Assembly (NCBI GenBank): GCA_942492935.1
Contig: OW818654.1
Coordinates: 3,587,918-3,651,917 of the forward strand
From: an uncultured bacterium
Lineage (GTDB): Bacteria; Bacteroidota; Ignavibacteria; Kapaibacteriales; UBA2268
DNA length: 64,000 bases
Direction of reading: 5' to 3'
The position numbers and the translations under genes were made by a program. Shown here piece after piece: positions 10,344 through 19,937 of the stretch. Under the pieces are notes generated by a model. That model was given only the letters and a program-made list of their open reading frames with translations. It was not told the DNA's origin and did not search any database. Position 1 is the first letter of the stretch, and each line of letters begins with the position of its first letter.

Positions 10344-10700
10344 TCAATTAAACAATTTAATTGCTTCTTCTTTAGTTTCGCAAACAGGCATAACAGTACT
10401 TATTTTCAAAATTGATAATAAGTTTGATACCGTTTTATTTGCACCAAATAATACAATCTTAAAATCCTTATTATGCTTTTTTGCAAAGTCTTCGAGATTA
10501 TTATTTACAGTAATTATAGAACCAATACCGGCACTATCAATATAATCAACAGCGGTCAAATCAATTGCAAAAAATAATGACTCTGAAAATTTCTGTTCAA
10601 ATTGCTCTCTGAATGAAGCAAAATGTAAATTAGTGAATTTCGGTTCAAATACTTTAACTAACATAAAATTGTCGTTTTTTTCGAATGATAACTCAATCAT
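10344..10700 (-). CDS. STAS-domain anti-sigma-factor antagonist (SpoIIAA-like)
   Basis: 118 aa single STAS domain with the phosphorylatable DSAG motif (…VDYIDSAGIGSI…). Confidence 0.75.
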   Translation of the reverse strand: MIELSFEKNDNFMLVKVFEPKFTNLHFASFREQFEQKFSESLFFAIDLTAVDYIDSAGIGSIITVNNNLEDFAKKHNKDFKIVLFGANKTVSNLLSILKISTVMPVCETKEEAIKLFN

Positions 10701-10768
10701 TATTATATCCTTTAACAGTTATTTAAATTACAAATTTATTAAAAATATTCTAAGTTCTTATCATTAAA

Positions 10769-11377
10769 TTATTTTTTCTTTTGCATAATATCTCTTAAAA
10801 AGTTCTTTTGAAGAACGGGATTTTCGCTTGATGGAAATACTCCACCACTTATTTGTCTTACATCTTCAATTGAATAGAATGCATTAGGAGCAAAATTATT
10901 GATAATTTCTTTCACCTTTATCAAATCAAATCTTTTAATAACCATAAATATTACCTTGACTTCGCCATATTTGCCTTCTCCATCAACCAAAGTAACAGAA
11001 TAGTCCAAATCACGAATTTTTTGAACCATTTCTGGAGAATTAACACCCGATATTACGCGAACAATTATATATCCTAATGATATTTTACCTTCCAACCACA
11101 TTCCAACATAAGTACCAGTAGCAAATCCAGCAGCAAAAGCAGCATAATTGAACACGCTATTAGCACTGCTTAGTAATTGTCCAACTGTTGTTATCCAGAT
11201 AAATACTTCGATAAATCCAAGTGTAGATGCATAACCTCTATAACCTTTGCTAATTAGAATAATTCTCAATGTTCCTAAGCTCACATCAATTATTCTTGCG
11301 AGAAAAAGAAATAAAGGCAAAATCAGATAATTTATTATGTCAGGATTTACGCCTTCAAAAAAATTCAATAAATTCAT
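10769..11377 (-). CDS. DUF2179/UPF0316-family membrane protein
   Basis: N-terminal TM helices followed by a C-terminal soluble domain resembling DUF2179 (YebE/UPF0316-like). Confidence 0.45.
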   Translation of the reverse strand: MNLLNFFEGVNPDIINYLILPLFLFLARIIDVSLGTLRIILISKGYRGYASTLGFIEVFIWITTVGQLLSSANSVFNYAAFAAGFATGTYVGMWLEGKISLGYIIVRVISGVNSPEMVQKIRDLDYSVTLVDGEGKYGEVKVIFMVIKRFDLIKVKEIINNFAPNAFYSIEDVRQISGGVFPSSENPVLQKNFLRDIMQKKK

Positions 11378-11550
11378 TCTGCTAATTCCAAAATTTTGTT
11401 ATACAATTTCTAAATAATTTACAATCAAATAATATAATATGTGAATAACATATCTAATAATAATGTAATTATTCAAAAAATAATACTATAAATTAATATA
11501 AAAGTAACGTTTATGTTTATGATTTATTTGTAATTTGTTATATTTGATTT

Positions 11551-11565
11551 TTTGCATAATGCAAA
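11551..11565. promoter_or_regulatory. Perfect 15-bp palindrome TTTGCAT-A-ATGCAAA ~65 bp upstream of ptb; candidate operator
   Basis: Seen in sequence. It sits in the 250-bp AT-rich promoter region of ptb-buk. Confidence 0.3.
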
Positions 11566-11629
11566 TTTGAAATTTTATTAAAATGATGATAAATAATAAT
11601 ATTACTATAAAAATAATTAAAGGATAGTT

Positions 11630-12526
11630 ATGATTTTAAAAACATTAAATACGTTTATTGAAATAGCGAAAAGTAAGCCAAAGAAAAATTTAGTTATCGC
11701 TGCTGCCGAAGACGAACCAGTATTGCAAGCTGTCAAAGCTGCATTGGTAGAAGATATTTGTACTCCATTATTAATTGGCGATACAAATAAAATCAAAAAA
11801 ATTGCTGATGAAATTGAGTTTGATTTGGCTAATATTGAAATTATTGAAGAAATAGACCCTGCAAAATCAGCACTTAAAGCTGTCAGTATGGTTAAAGAAG
11901 GTAAATCACAGATAATAATGAAAGGTCTTGTGGGAACAGCTGATTATTTAAGAGCAATTCTCAATAAAGAAGGTGGATTAAGAAAAGGTGCTTTACTATC
12001 GCACATAGGTTTTTTTGAATCGCCTTATTATCATAAATTGCTTGGCTTAACAGATGCAGCTCAAAATCTTGCTCCAGATATAAATGAAAAGGTTGCAATT
12101 ATTCAAAATTCTGTTGAATTGTATCAAAGATTAGGTGTTGCAATCCCTAAAATTGCTTTAATTGCAGCAATAGAAGGAGTAAATACAAAAATGGCTGCAA
12201 CAACAGACGCTGCTATTATAACTATGATGTATAAAAGAAAGCAAATTAAAGGGTGCATAATTGATGGGCCTCTTGCATTTGATAATGCAGTTTCAAAAGA
12301 AGCAGCTGAGCATAAAGGTATCGAAAGTGAAGTTGCTGGCGAGGCAGATTTGATTTTTGCTCCTAATATTGAAGTTGCAAATGCTCTTTATAAAAGCTTT
12401 ACATATATGGGTGGTTCGACCGTTGCGGCAATTATACTTGGAGCTTCTGTTCCTATTGTTCTTACATCAAGAGCAGATTCAGACAGAAGTAAATTGATGT
12501 CTATTGCTTTGGCGGCATCTTACTAA
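11630..12526 (+). CDS. ptb: Phosphate butyryltransferase (phosphotransacylase, PTA/PTB family)
   Basis: 298-aa PTA_PTB-fold protein immediately followed by butyrate kinase. The size is typical of Ptb rather than full-length Pta. Confidence 0.8.
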   Translation: MILKTLNTFIEIAKSKPKKNLVIAAAEDEPVLQAVKAALVEDICTPLLIGDTNKIKKIADEIEFDLANIEIIEEIDPAKSALKAVSMVKEGKSQIIMKGLVGTADYLRAILNKEGGLRKGALLSHIGFFESPYYHKLLGLTDAAQNLAPDINEKVAIIQNSVELYQRLGVAIPKIALIAAIEGVNTKMAATTDAAIITMMYKRKQIKGCIIDGPLAFDNAVSKEAAEHKGIESEVAGEADLIFAPNIEVANALYKSFTYMGGSTVAAIILGASVPIVLTSRADSDRSKLMSIALAASY

Positions 12527-12533
12527 GGAGAAA

Positions 12534-13604
12534 ATGATGAAATTACTTGCTATTAATCCGGGTTCAACATCAACAAAAATTGCTGTTTATGAAGATTTGA
12601 ATCCATTATGCGTGAAAACTCTAAGACATAGTGTTGAGGAGTTGTCCGAGTATCCAAATATAATCGACCAATATGAATTTAGAAAAAATGTTATTATTGA
12701 AACTTTAAAAAATGAATGTATTGAATTATCTGAACTTACAGCAATAGTTGGAAGAGGTGGTTTGGTTAAGCCAATTCCAGGCGGTGTTTACAAAGTTAAT
12801 GAAGAATTACTTGAAGATTTACGAAAAGGTGTAATGGGAGAGCATGCTTCAAATTTAGGTGGAATTATTGCTTATGAAATTGCAAAGGGTTTGAATATTG
12901 AAAATAATTCATTTATCGTTGACCCAGTTGTAGTTGATGAAATGGACGATATTGCACGCTATTCAGGTCGTCCAGAATTGCCGAGATTAAGTATTTTTCA
13001 CGCTTTAAATCAAAAAGCTGTTGCAAGACGATTTGCAAGAGAACATTCATTAAATTATGAAAAAATTAATATAATTGTGGTTCACCTTGGCGGTGGGATT
13101 ACTGTAGGCGCCCACAAGAATGGAAGAGTGATAGATGTTAATAATGGTCTTGATGGTGATGGACCATTTTCACCTGAAAGAACTGGCAGTTTACCTGCAG
13201 GTGCTTTAGCAAAACTATGTTTTACTGGAAAATTTCAATTACATCAGGTAAAGAAAATGATTACAGGACAAGGTGGAATTGTGGCTTATCTTGGTACTAA
13301 TAATGGCACAGAAGTAGAAAAGAGAATCGAAGAAGGCGACCAAAAAGCAAAAGATGTTTTCGAAGCAATGGCATATCAAATTTCAAAGGAAATTGGCTCA
13401 TGTGCAGCAGTTCTGTTTGGTAAATGTGATGCAATTGTCATTACAGGCGGTATGGCGCATTCAAATATATTGGTTGAATGGATTACTGAAAGAGTAAAAT
13501 TCATTGCACCTGTTTATGTTTATCCGGGTGAAGATGAAATGCAAGCATTAGCAGAAGGAGTATATTTTGGGTTGAAAGGTGAAATTCCAATTAGAGATTA
13601 TTAA
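12534..13604 (+). CDS. buk: Butyrate kinase (ASKHA superfamily acetate/butyrate kinase)
   Basis: MKLLAINPGSTSTKIAVYED N-terminus, ~357 aa. AGGAG RBS lies 7 nt upstream of ATG 12534. The track ORF start at 12504 overlaps ptb and is less likely. Confidence 0.85.
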   Translation: MMKLLAINPGSTSTKIAVYEDLNPLCVKTLRHSVEELSEYPNIIDQYEFRKNVIIETLKNECIELSELTAIVGRGGLVKPIPGGVYKVNEELLEDLRKGVMGEHASNLGGIIAYEIAKGLNIENNSFIVDPVVVDEMDDIARYSGRPELPRLSIFHALNQKAVARRFAREHSLNYEKINIIVVHLGGGITVGAHKNGRVIDVNNGLDGDGPFSPERTGSLPAGALAKLCFTGKFQLHQVKKMITGQGGIVAYLGTNNGTEVEKRIEEGDQKAKDVFEAMAYQISKEIGSCAAVLFGKCDAIVITGGMAHSNILVEWITERVKFIAPVYVYPGEDEMQALAEGVYFGLKGEIPIRDY

Positions 13605-13625
13605 TTCCAATATGCACAAAAAAAA

Positions 13626-13647
13626 AGTCCTTGAATAATCAAGGACT
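13626..13647. terminator. Bidirectional intrinsic terminator (9-bp stem AGTCCTTGA/TCAAGGACT, loop ATAA) flanked by A8 and T7 runs
   Basis: Seen in sequence. It terminates buk (+) and lies just downstream of the minus-strand tRNA-Glu. Confidence 0.8.
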
Positions 13648-13661
13648 TTTTTTGTTAGGTG

Positions 13662-13733
13662 TGATCCCAAGGGGATTCGAACCCCTACTGCCAGCGTGAA
13701 AGGCTGGTGACCTAACCGTTAGTCGATGGGACC
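13662..13733 (-). tRNA. tRNA-Glu (anticodon UUC)
   Basis: Manual cloverleaf on the reverse complement: acceptor GGTCCCA/TGGGATC. D-stem GACT/GGTC. Anticodon stem CCAGC/GCTGG with loop CTTTCAC (anticodon TTC). T-arm AGGGG-TTCGAAT-CCCCT. 72 nt, CCA not encoded. Confidence 0.8.
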
Positions 13734-13997
13734 AACTTGTAAAAGAACAAGAATTCAAAATTACGAACTTTTTGTGAATCTACCAAATAAATATTTAATT
13801 ATTTTTATGAAATGAAAAAAAAATTGCATTTTTGTTCAAATTCTGGCAAAAATGATTAATCTACAAGGTAACTTATCTATCAAATATTATAATTTACATG
13901 ATTTTCAAAATGTTTTTTGTTACTCAAAAAAAAACCGAGTAGTATAAACAAAATAAAATAGCAGTGCAGTTACTATGTTTTTTAAAAGTTATTTGTT

Positions 13998-14285
13998 TTA
14001 ATGGTAATCCCTTATATATTTTAACAAATTATCAAGTTCATCATTGTTGAAATTATCAGGAAATAATACACGAATTATTTGATTTCCTTCACTACCTCGA
14101 ATTGTATATCTTGCACGGTTAATTATTTTGAAAAATGGTTTTTCAAATACATGAATGTAGGTTAATTTACCTAATTGTGCAAGATATTCAATAAAAGCCA
14201 AATCAATTTCTTTATCAATAATTATGTCATAAACATTTCTTGCTTCAAGGCAGTCTTCTACTTTTGCAATTTGTAATATATTCAT
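13998..14285 (-). CDS. Hypothetical protein (95 aa), co-directional and 6 bp downstream of the cysteine desulfurase-like gene
   Basis: ORF-track. No recognisable motif. Confidence 0.35.
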   Translation of the reverse strand: MNILQIAKVEDCLEARNVYDIIIDKEIDLAFIEYLAQLGKLTYIHVFEKPFFKIINRARYTIRGSEGNQIIRVLFPDNFNNDELDNLLKYIRDYH

Positions 14286-14291
14286 ATAATT

Positions 14292-15428
14292 CTACAAATC
14301 TGATTCACATATTTTTTGTAATGCTGTTATAAAATAATAAATTTCTTCCTCGTTTGTAAAATATGAAGGACTTACTCTAACAGTTCCTTGAGGATAACAA
14401 CCGATTGCCATTGCTGATAATGGGCTACAATGAAGCCCTGCTCTTGCAATTATTTCAAATGAATTTTCCAATATAAAATTTACTTCTTCTGGCAAAATTC
14501 CTTTTATATTAAAAGTGAAAACTCCAAAACTATTATGTATGATGGAATGATATATATGTAATTTATCATAATGGTTTAGATTTTCATAAATGAGCATCCA
14601 AAGTCTTTTTTTCCTTGCCATAATATTTTCTAAGTCAACGCTATTTATCCAATTAATTCCTTCAGTCAATGCAATTATACCAGCATAATTTAATGTGCCA
14701 GATTCATATCTATAAGGAAATTCTTCAGGTTGAGATGTTAAAGTACCTAAAACACCCGTACCGCCATGACGAAATGGCTGAATTATATGTTCTTTTTTTA
14801 GAATTAAAACACCACTTCCAGTAATTCCGTAAAGTGATTTATGACCCGTTATTGCAACCGCATCAATATCAACTTCACTCAAATCAATACAAACTGCTCC
14901 AGCTGATTGTGAAGCGTCAAGAATGAAAAGCAAACCATTATCTTTGGCAATCTTTGAAATTGCTTTAATATCTTGTATTGTACCAGTAACATTTGAGCAA
15001 TGATTAATAACAATGGCTTTCGTATTCTTGTCTATATGATTTCTAATATCATCTGGCGAAACAAATCCTGTATTATCAGCATTAACAATTTTGGTTTCAA
15101 CATTAAATTTATTAAGATAATTAAGCGGTCTTAGTACAGAATTATGCTCAATTTGCGTAGTAATGATATTACAATTTTCAAATCCAAATCCCTTGATAGC
15201 AAGATTTAATGCTTCCGTACTACCTGAGGTTATTATTACATTATGTGTATTATTACAATTAAAAAATTCAGAAACTTTACTTCTTAATTCAGAAGTATAA
15301 CTTTTTGAACCAGTTTTATTTCCCGAGCGTGTAAAATCTACAGGTGCATTTGTTAGATATCTATTTACAGCATCAATTACTGTTTGTGGTTTTGGAAAAG
15401 TAGTAGCAGCATTATTCAAATAAATCAT
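14292..15428 (-). CDS. Class V aminotransferase-fold PLP enzyme, SufS-like cysteine desulfurase
   Basis: PLP-lysine motif ITGHKSLYGITGSGVLILKK. C-terminal RAGLHCSPL (catalytic Cys loop, SufS-type RxGxHC). 378 aa. Confidence 0.7.
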   Translation of the reverse strand: MIYLNNAATTFPKPQTVIDAVNRYLTNAPVDFTRSGNKTGSKSYTSELRSKVSEFFNCNNTHNVIITSGSTEALNLAIKGFGFENCNIITTQIEHNSVLRPLNYLNKFNVETKIVNADNTGFVSPDDIRNHIDKNTKAIVINHCSNVTGTIQDIKAISKIAKDNGLLFILDASQSAGAVCIDLSEVDIDAVAITGHKSLYGITGSGVLILKKEHIIQPFRHGGTGVLGTLTSQPEEFPYRYESGTLNYAGIIALTEGINWINSVDLENIMARKKRLWMLIYENLNHYDKLHIYHSIIHNSFGVFTFNIKGILPEEVNFILENSFEIIARAGLHCSPLSAMAIGCYPQGTVRVSPSYFTNEEEIYYFITALQKICESDL

Positions 15429-15430
15429 TG

Positions 15431-16594
15431 TTAAATTCCTATTGATTGAAATAAAAACGTAAATATAGCATCAGTTAATATTATTAAAAACACGCCGGCA
15501 ACTACTGCAGATGTGGTATATTTTCCTACAGCAGAGGCACCGCCTTTAGCTTGTAAGCCCTTGAAACATCCAATTGAAGCAATTAAATAAGCAAACACTA
15601 TACTCTTGAATACTCCCGAAAAAACATCACCAAAACCAAGCGACATTTCTAATCTGTTTGTAAAACTTGTTATAGTTATGTCAAGAGTTCCTAATGCCGC
15701 AATTAAACCACCTGCAACACCTATCAAATCACATATTATAACCAATATCGGCATTGCAACAACTACAGCTAATACGCGTGGAATTACTAAAAAATAAGTA
15801 ACATCAAATCCCATTGTAGTTAAAGCATCTACCTCATCAGATACACGCATTGTGCCTATTTCTGCTGCATAAGCAGAACCAGACCTACCTGCAACTAAAA
15901 TTGCAACGAGCATTGGAACAAGAGTTCTGGTCAGCGAAATACCAATCAAATCGGCTATAAATATATCTGCTCCAAATTGTTTCAATTGATTTGCACCCTG
16001 ATAGCCAGTAACTAATCCGATTAGAAATACTATTAAAGCACTGATTGGTAAAGCATTTACGCCCGCTGAAGTGAAAAATTCTGGAAAATCCTTCCATCTG
16101 ATTTTAGATGGTTTGAATAAACCAATTATCAACTTGTTTGTAAGTTCACCAAAGAATTCAATAATATTATATACTTCTTTAAAAAATCGGTAAGTTTTAT
16201 CGCCTACTTCTGTAATATGTACTTTTAGTGGAGAAATTTTTTCAAATTGAGTGGCAGGTAATATTGGTTTCTTTTTAAAAACATTGATGAATCTTTGTAA
16301 ATCTTCGGAAATATTCTGAAAAAATATTTCTTTTTTCTTTTTATCGCAGAACTTTTGAATTGAATTTAGAAATACAACCAAATATGTATCATAATTAGTT
16401 ACTTCGTTAAAATCAAGAATAACTTTTTTGATTTTATCATCTTTAAGAAAAGTGAAGTTTAATTTAAAATTGGCAGCATTATTTTGTGTTATTTCACCAA
16501 TTAAATATAATGTCAAAACCTCATTTTCTGTTTTAGTTTTGAATGGTTCTATATCGTTTTTCTTTTTTGACATCAAAATCTTAATTTTAACCAA
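15431..16594 (-). CDS. MlaE-family ABC transporter permease with N-terminal STAS domain
   Basis: C-terminal ~250 aa match the MlaE/YrbE permease topology and motifs (…LVAILVAGRSGSAYAAEIGTMRVSDEVDAL…). The N-terminal ~120 aa is STAS-like. Stop and start are separated by 2 nt from the downstream desulfurase gene. Confidence 0.7.
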   Translation of the reverse strand: MVKIKILMSKKKNDIEPFKTKTENEVLTLYLIGEITQNNAANFKLNFTFLKDDKIKKVILDFNEVTNYDTYLVVFLNSIQKFCDKKKKEIFFQNISEDLQRFINVFKKKPILPATQFEKISPLKVHITEVGDKTYRFFKEVYNIIEFFGELTNKLIIGLFKPSKIRWKDFPEFFTSAGVNALPISALIVFLIGLVTGYQGANQLKQFGADIFIADLIGISLTRTLVPMLVAILVAGRSGSAYAAEIGTMRVSDEVDALTTMGFDVTYFLVIPRVLAVVVAMPILVIICDLIGVAGGLIAALGTLDITITSFTNRLEMSLGFGDVFSGVFKSIVFAYLIASIGCFKGLQAKGGASAVGKYTTSAVVAGVFLIILTDAIFTFLFQSIGI

Positions 16595-16768
16595 AATTCA
16601 CAATATAAACATACAAAAAAAATACAACAAAAAATAATTTTTGTCAAAAAAATTGTATTGCTATGCAATAATTTTATTACAACAAAACCTCCGATAGGTA
16701 AAAAATGGGCATTTGTACATCTGGTTTATAATGAAATTTGGTTGAATTTTTACAAAAATCATATAAAG

Positions 16769-19700
16769 CTAATTGGCTAATTTAATAGTTTTAATATGTT
16801 TGTTGTTGTAGATTATATTCAAATAATAAATTGATTGTGCAAAATTTTTCAAATCAAATTTTGATTTATAATATCCATAATGTTGGTTATTTGATTCATT
16901 TGTAATCAATTTTCCATTTAAGTCATACAATTCAATTGTTAATTCAGAATTAGAAGGTAATAAAGTATTGAATTCATATTCTCCATCAATAGAAGTAGTA
17001 TTAATTGAAACAGGTATCGGAAAATCTCTTGGAATTATGATAATTATTTCCTCTGATGTTTGATTGCAATAATTTTCATCATAAATTATCGCTGAGTAAA
17101 TTCCAGAACTGTCTATTTTTATACTTTCTTGATTTATTTCATCTGTCTCTATTTTTACGCCATCTTTAAACCATAATACAGAAGCAAGAATCCCTGAATT
17201 TGAAGAATTGTACAGAAATATTTCATTCGTTTTGCTATTGAAACTTAAAATTGGTGTTGATGGTTTTGAATTGAATTTTATATCATGAATTTTTGTAGTA
17301 TTTCTACATCCGTTTGCAAATTCCACTGTACAGTAATATTGCCCATCTTCAGTAACTTTTATAGATTGAGTAGTATCTCCTATTGACCAAAAATATTTTA
17401 TCGGAGTAAACCTATAAACATCTACGAATAAAATAGCTGTATCACCTTTGCAAAATTTACTATATGTATCAACGAAAATATTGAAATTATACGATTTTGA
17501 ATCGACATTGAAAAAATTTGAATTAGAAACACAACCAAATTTATCAAAAGCCGAAACGAAATATTCCCCGCTTTCCTTGATATCAACTTCTGTTCCTGTT
17601 TGACCATTACTCCATAAATAAATTAAATCTTTTTGTGGGTTCAAAACCTTCACTTTAATTGAACTATCTTTACATACATAATTATAAGTATTCTCTATAT
17701 CAATTAAAATTTTATTTTGCTCACAATTCCATAATTTTGCTTTCCAAATGCCCCTCCCCCACGTTCCTGCAATTAAATAACCTGAAGCATAATTGATTTT
17801 TATATCATTTACAATTACATTTGGTATTCCTGAACCAAACAATTCCCATTTATTGGCTGAAGTGTCTTTTGCAAAAACTCCCAAATCAGTTGCTATTATT
17901 AAATAATCTGGATTAGTATTTGGAATAATAATTTTATTTACTGGTACATTCATTAAGTTGAAAGAAATATTCCTCCAAGTCCCATTTTTATATTCATAAA
18001 CTTTGTTTTCAGAATCATATCCAGTTAATGAAATATAAGCAATTTTATTATCTTCAGGATGAATTACAATTGATGAAATTTTGTATTTAGATTCAAATAT
18101 GGAACTCCAATTTTTACCACCATCTATTGTTTTTATGACTTCACTACCACGAACAATATAAATTACATCTGAATCTGATTTATCAACATCAAAAAAAGTA
18201 ATGGTTTTATTATCTGTAAATTGTGATAATTTTATTAATGAATCCAAGATAACATCATATATATACAAATTCTGGAAACCAAAATATATTTGTCCAGAAT
18301 TTTTATGATGTGCTATATAATGAGTAGTCCATGGTTTTGATTCATTTATATTGTAAATTTTTAACAGTGTTATTTCAGAATTATTCCGAATAATATAACC
18401 ATTTTGAGCAGATTTATAATTTATTGCAGGAATAAAATTATCATATACACATTCCATCCCATCAGCTTCAAGTATATTATACCATTTTTCATTCTGGAAA
18501 TCCACAACTCCATTATCCTGTGAACCAGCCATCAAATTACTTGAATGAAATGGATTTGGTGTTGCTCTATAAACTTGCATTATGCTTAGACCGTTTGAAA
18601 TATTTTCCCACTTATTATTCTGCGGGTCTCTTGTTCTGTAAATTCCACCATCAGTACCACAATAAAAATATGAATCATGTTCGTTGTAAACCACACAATG
18701 AAAATCAACGTGTGGTCCATTTTGATAATACAATTTTGTGGACTTGGTATCCACATAACCTAAATAAATTCCGCCTATAAAAAAACTTGAATCAGACATA
18801 TAATCATTGAATAGTACCAAATTATAAAATCCCTGCCCATGAACCATATCTATTTGACGATTAGTTTTATTTATCCAAGTATCTCCTTTATTATAGGACA
18901 GCATATATAATCCCAAATTTGAATTTTCAAGTGAGGAACCAATAAAATATAAATTATTAGGATATTTTTTATTAACAGAAATAGCAATTCTATTTATTAA
19001 CTCAAATTTTGCAATTTCAGTCCAATTTTTTCCTTCGTCTGTTGTTCTGATTATTTTAGTATTTCCTCTCCAATGAGCAGTTCCTGCGTAAAGAATTTCA
19101 GGATTTTCAGGGTGCATTTTAATCGAAGAAAAGCAATTGCCAGTAACTTCATAAAACCAATTTAAACCACCATCATTTGTTCTAATTATTCCATTATTTG
19201 TAGCTGCCCAAACAATATTTTCGTTATTTGGGTGAATAATCAATTCATAAATCAATAATCCATCAGATAAATTGTGAAAATTAGTAATATTCCAAGTTTG
19301 TCCATTATCTGATGTTTTTATAATGCCGATTGAATAAGTACCAGAAAACATACCACCATCAGCATCACCTGTTGCCGCATAAGCTATATTTGGATTGTGA
19401 GTAGAAAATTTAATATCAGAAATACCAATAGACATAAATTGAGTCATATCAATAGGTTTCCAGCTGTTACCGCTGTCCTCAGATTTCCACATTCCTCCAG
19501 AAGCTGCACCTATCCATATTTCCTTTTCTTTTAATGGATTAAATGCAATACAATTTACCCGACCATTTCCTGCATTTTCTAAATCAGTTTCAATTTTCAT
19601 TGGACCTAATTCTTCCCAGTTAATTGATTGTAACTTTTCGTTATAATTATATTTATACTTCGTTTGAAATTCATTATATAATCTTACAATGTCAGGATAA

Positions 19701-19918
19701 TTACCATTATCTAAACGATTTTTTCTGAAATTAATAAATCTGTCTAATTGTTTATTGGTTCTTCTTAAATTGCTTGTATCTTTTATATTTATTATTGTTG
19801 AATTTCTAAAATTTACAATTGAATCAAAATTAAAAATATTTTGTGAAAATATATCTATTGAATTTATTGTTAGTAATAACAATATTAATAAAACACTATT
19901 TTTCAATAAATTTTGCAT
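16769..19918 (-). CDS. Secreted BNR/Asp-box repeat protein (sortilin/VPS10- or GH74-like beta-propellers) with T9SS type-A C-terminal sorting domain
   Basis: Signal peptide. Multiple SxDxGxTW motifs (SDNGQTW, TNDGGLNW, TDEGKNW, NKGDTW, IDGGKNW). C-terminal ~80 aa T9SS CTD (…ELYDLNGKLI…YYLNIIYNNKHIKTIKLAN). Confidence 0.75.
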   Translation of the reverse strand: MQNLLKNSVLLILLLLTINSIDIFSQNIFNFDSIVNFRNSTIINIKDTSNLRRTNKQLDRFINFRKNRLDNGNYPDIVRLYNEFQTKYKYNYNEKLQSINWEELGPMKIETDLENAGNGRVNCIAFNPLKEKEIWIGAASGGMWKSEDSGNSWKPIDMTQFMSIGISDIKFSTHNPNIAYAATGDADGGMFSGTYSIGIIKTSDNGQTWNITNFHNLSDGLLIYELIIHPNNENIVWAATNNGIIRTNDGGLNWFYEVTGNCFSSIKMHPENPEILYAGTAHWRGNTKIIRTTDEGKNWTEIAKFELINRIAISVNKKYPNNLYFIGSSLENSNLGLYMLSYNKGDTWINKTNRQIDMVHGQGFYNLVLFNDYMSDSSFFIGGIYLGYVDTKSTKLYYQNGPHVDFHCVVYNEHDSYFYCGTDGGIYRTRDPQNNKWENISNGLSIMQVYRATPNPFHSSNLMAGSQDNGVVDFQNEKWYNILEADGMECVYDNFIPAINYKSAQNGYIIRNNSEITLLKIYNINESKPWTTHYIAHHKNSGQIYFGFQNLYIYDVILDSLIKLSQFTDNKTITFFDVDKSDSDVIYIVRGSEVIKTIDGGKNWSSIFESKYKISSIVIHPEDNKIAYISLTGYDSENKVYEYKNGTWRNISFNLMNVPVNKIIIPNTNPDYLIIATDLGVFAKDTSANKWELFGSGIPNVIVNDIKINYASGYLIAGTWGRGIWKAKLWNCEQNKILIDIENTYNYVCKDSSIKVKVLNPQKDLIYLWSNGQTGTEVDIKESGEYFVSAFDKFGCVSNSNFFNVDSKSYNFNIFVDTYSKFCKGDTAILFVDVYRFTPIKYFWSIGDTTQSIKVTEDGQYYCTVEFANGCRNTTKIHDIKFNSKPSTPILSFNSKTNEIFLYNSSNSGILASVLWFKDGVKIETDEINQESIKIDSSGIYSAIIYDENYCNQTSEEIIIIIPRDFPIPVSINTTSIDGEYEFNTLLPSNSELTIELYDLNGKLITNESNNQHYGYYKSKFDLKNFAQSIYYLNIIYNNKHIKTIKLAN

Positions 19919-19937
19919 TTAAACCACAAAATAATTT

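Noticed and set aside
12504-12533. Upstream start for buk overlapping ptb (track ORF start 12504)
   Set aside because: AGGAG RBS precedes ATG 12534 and the conserved butyrate-kinase N-terminus begins MKLLAINPGS. The earlier start adds 10 non-conserved residues.
16656-16670. TATTGC-TAT-GCAATA palindrome between BNR-protein and STAS-MlaE genes
   Set aside because: Short 6-3-6 dyad in a very AT-rich spacer. Could be chance. Not enough support to list as a regulatory feature.
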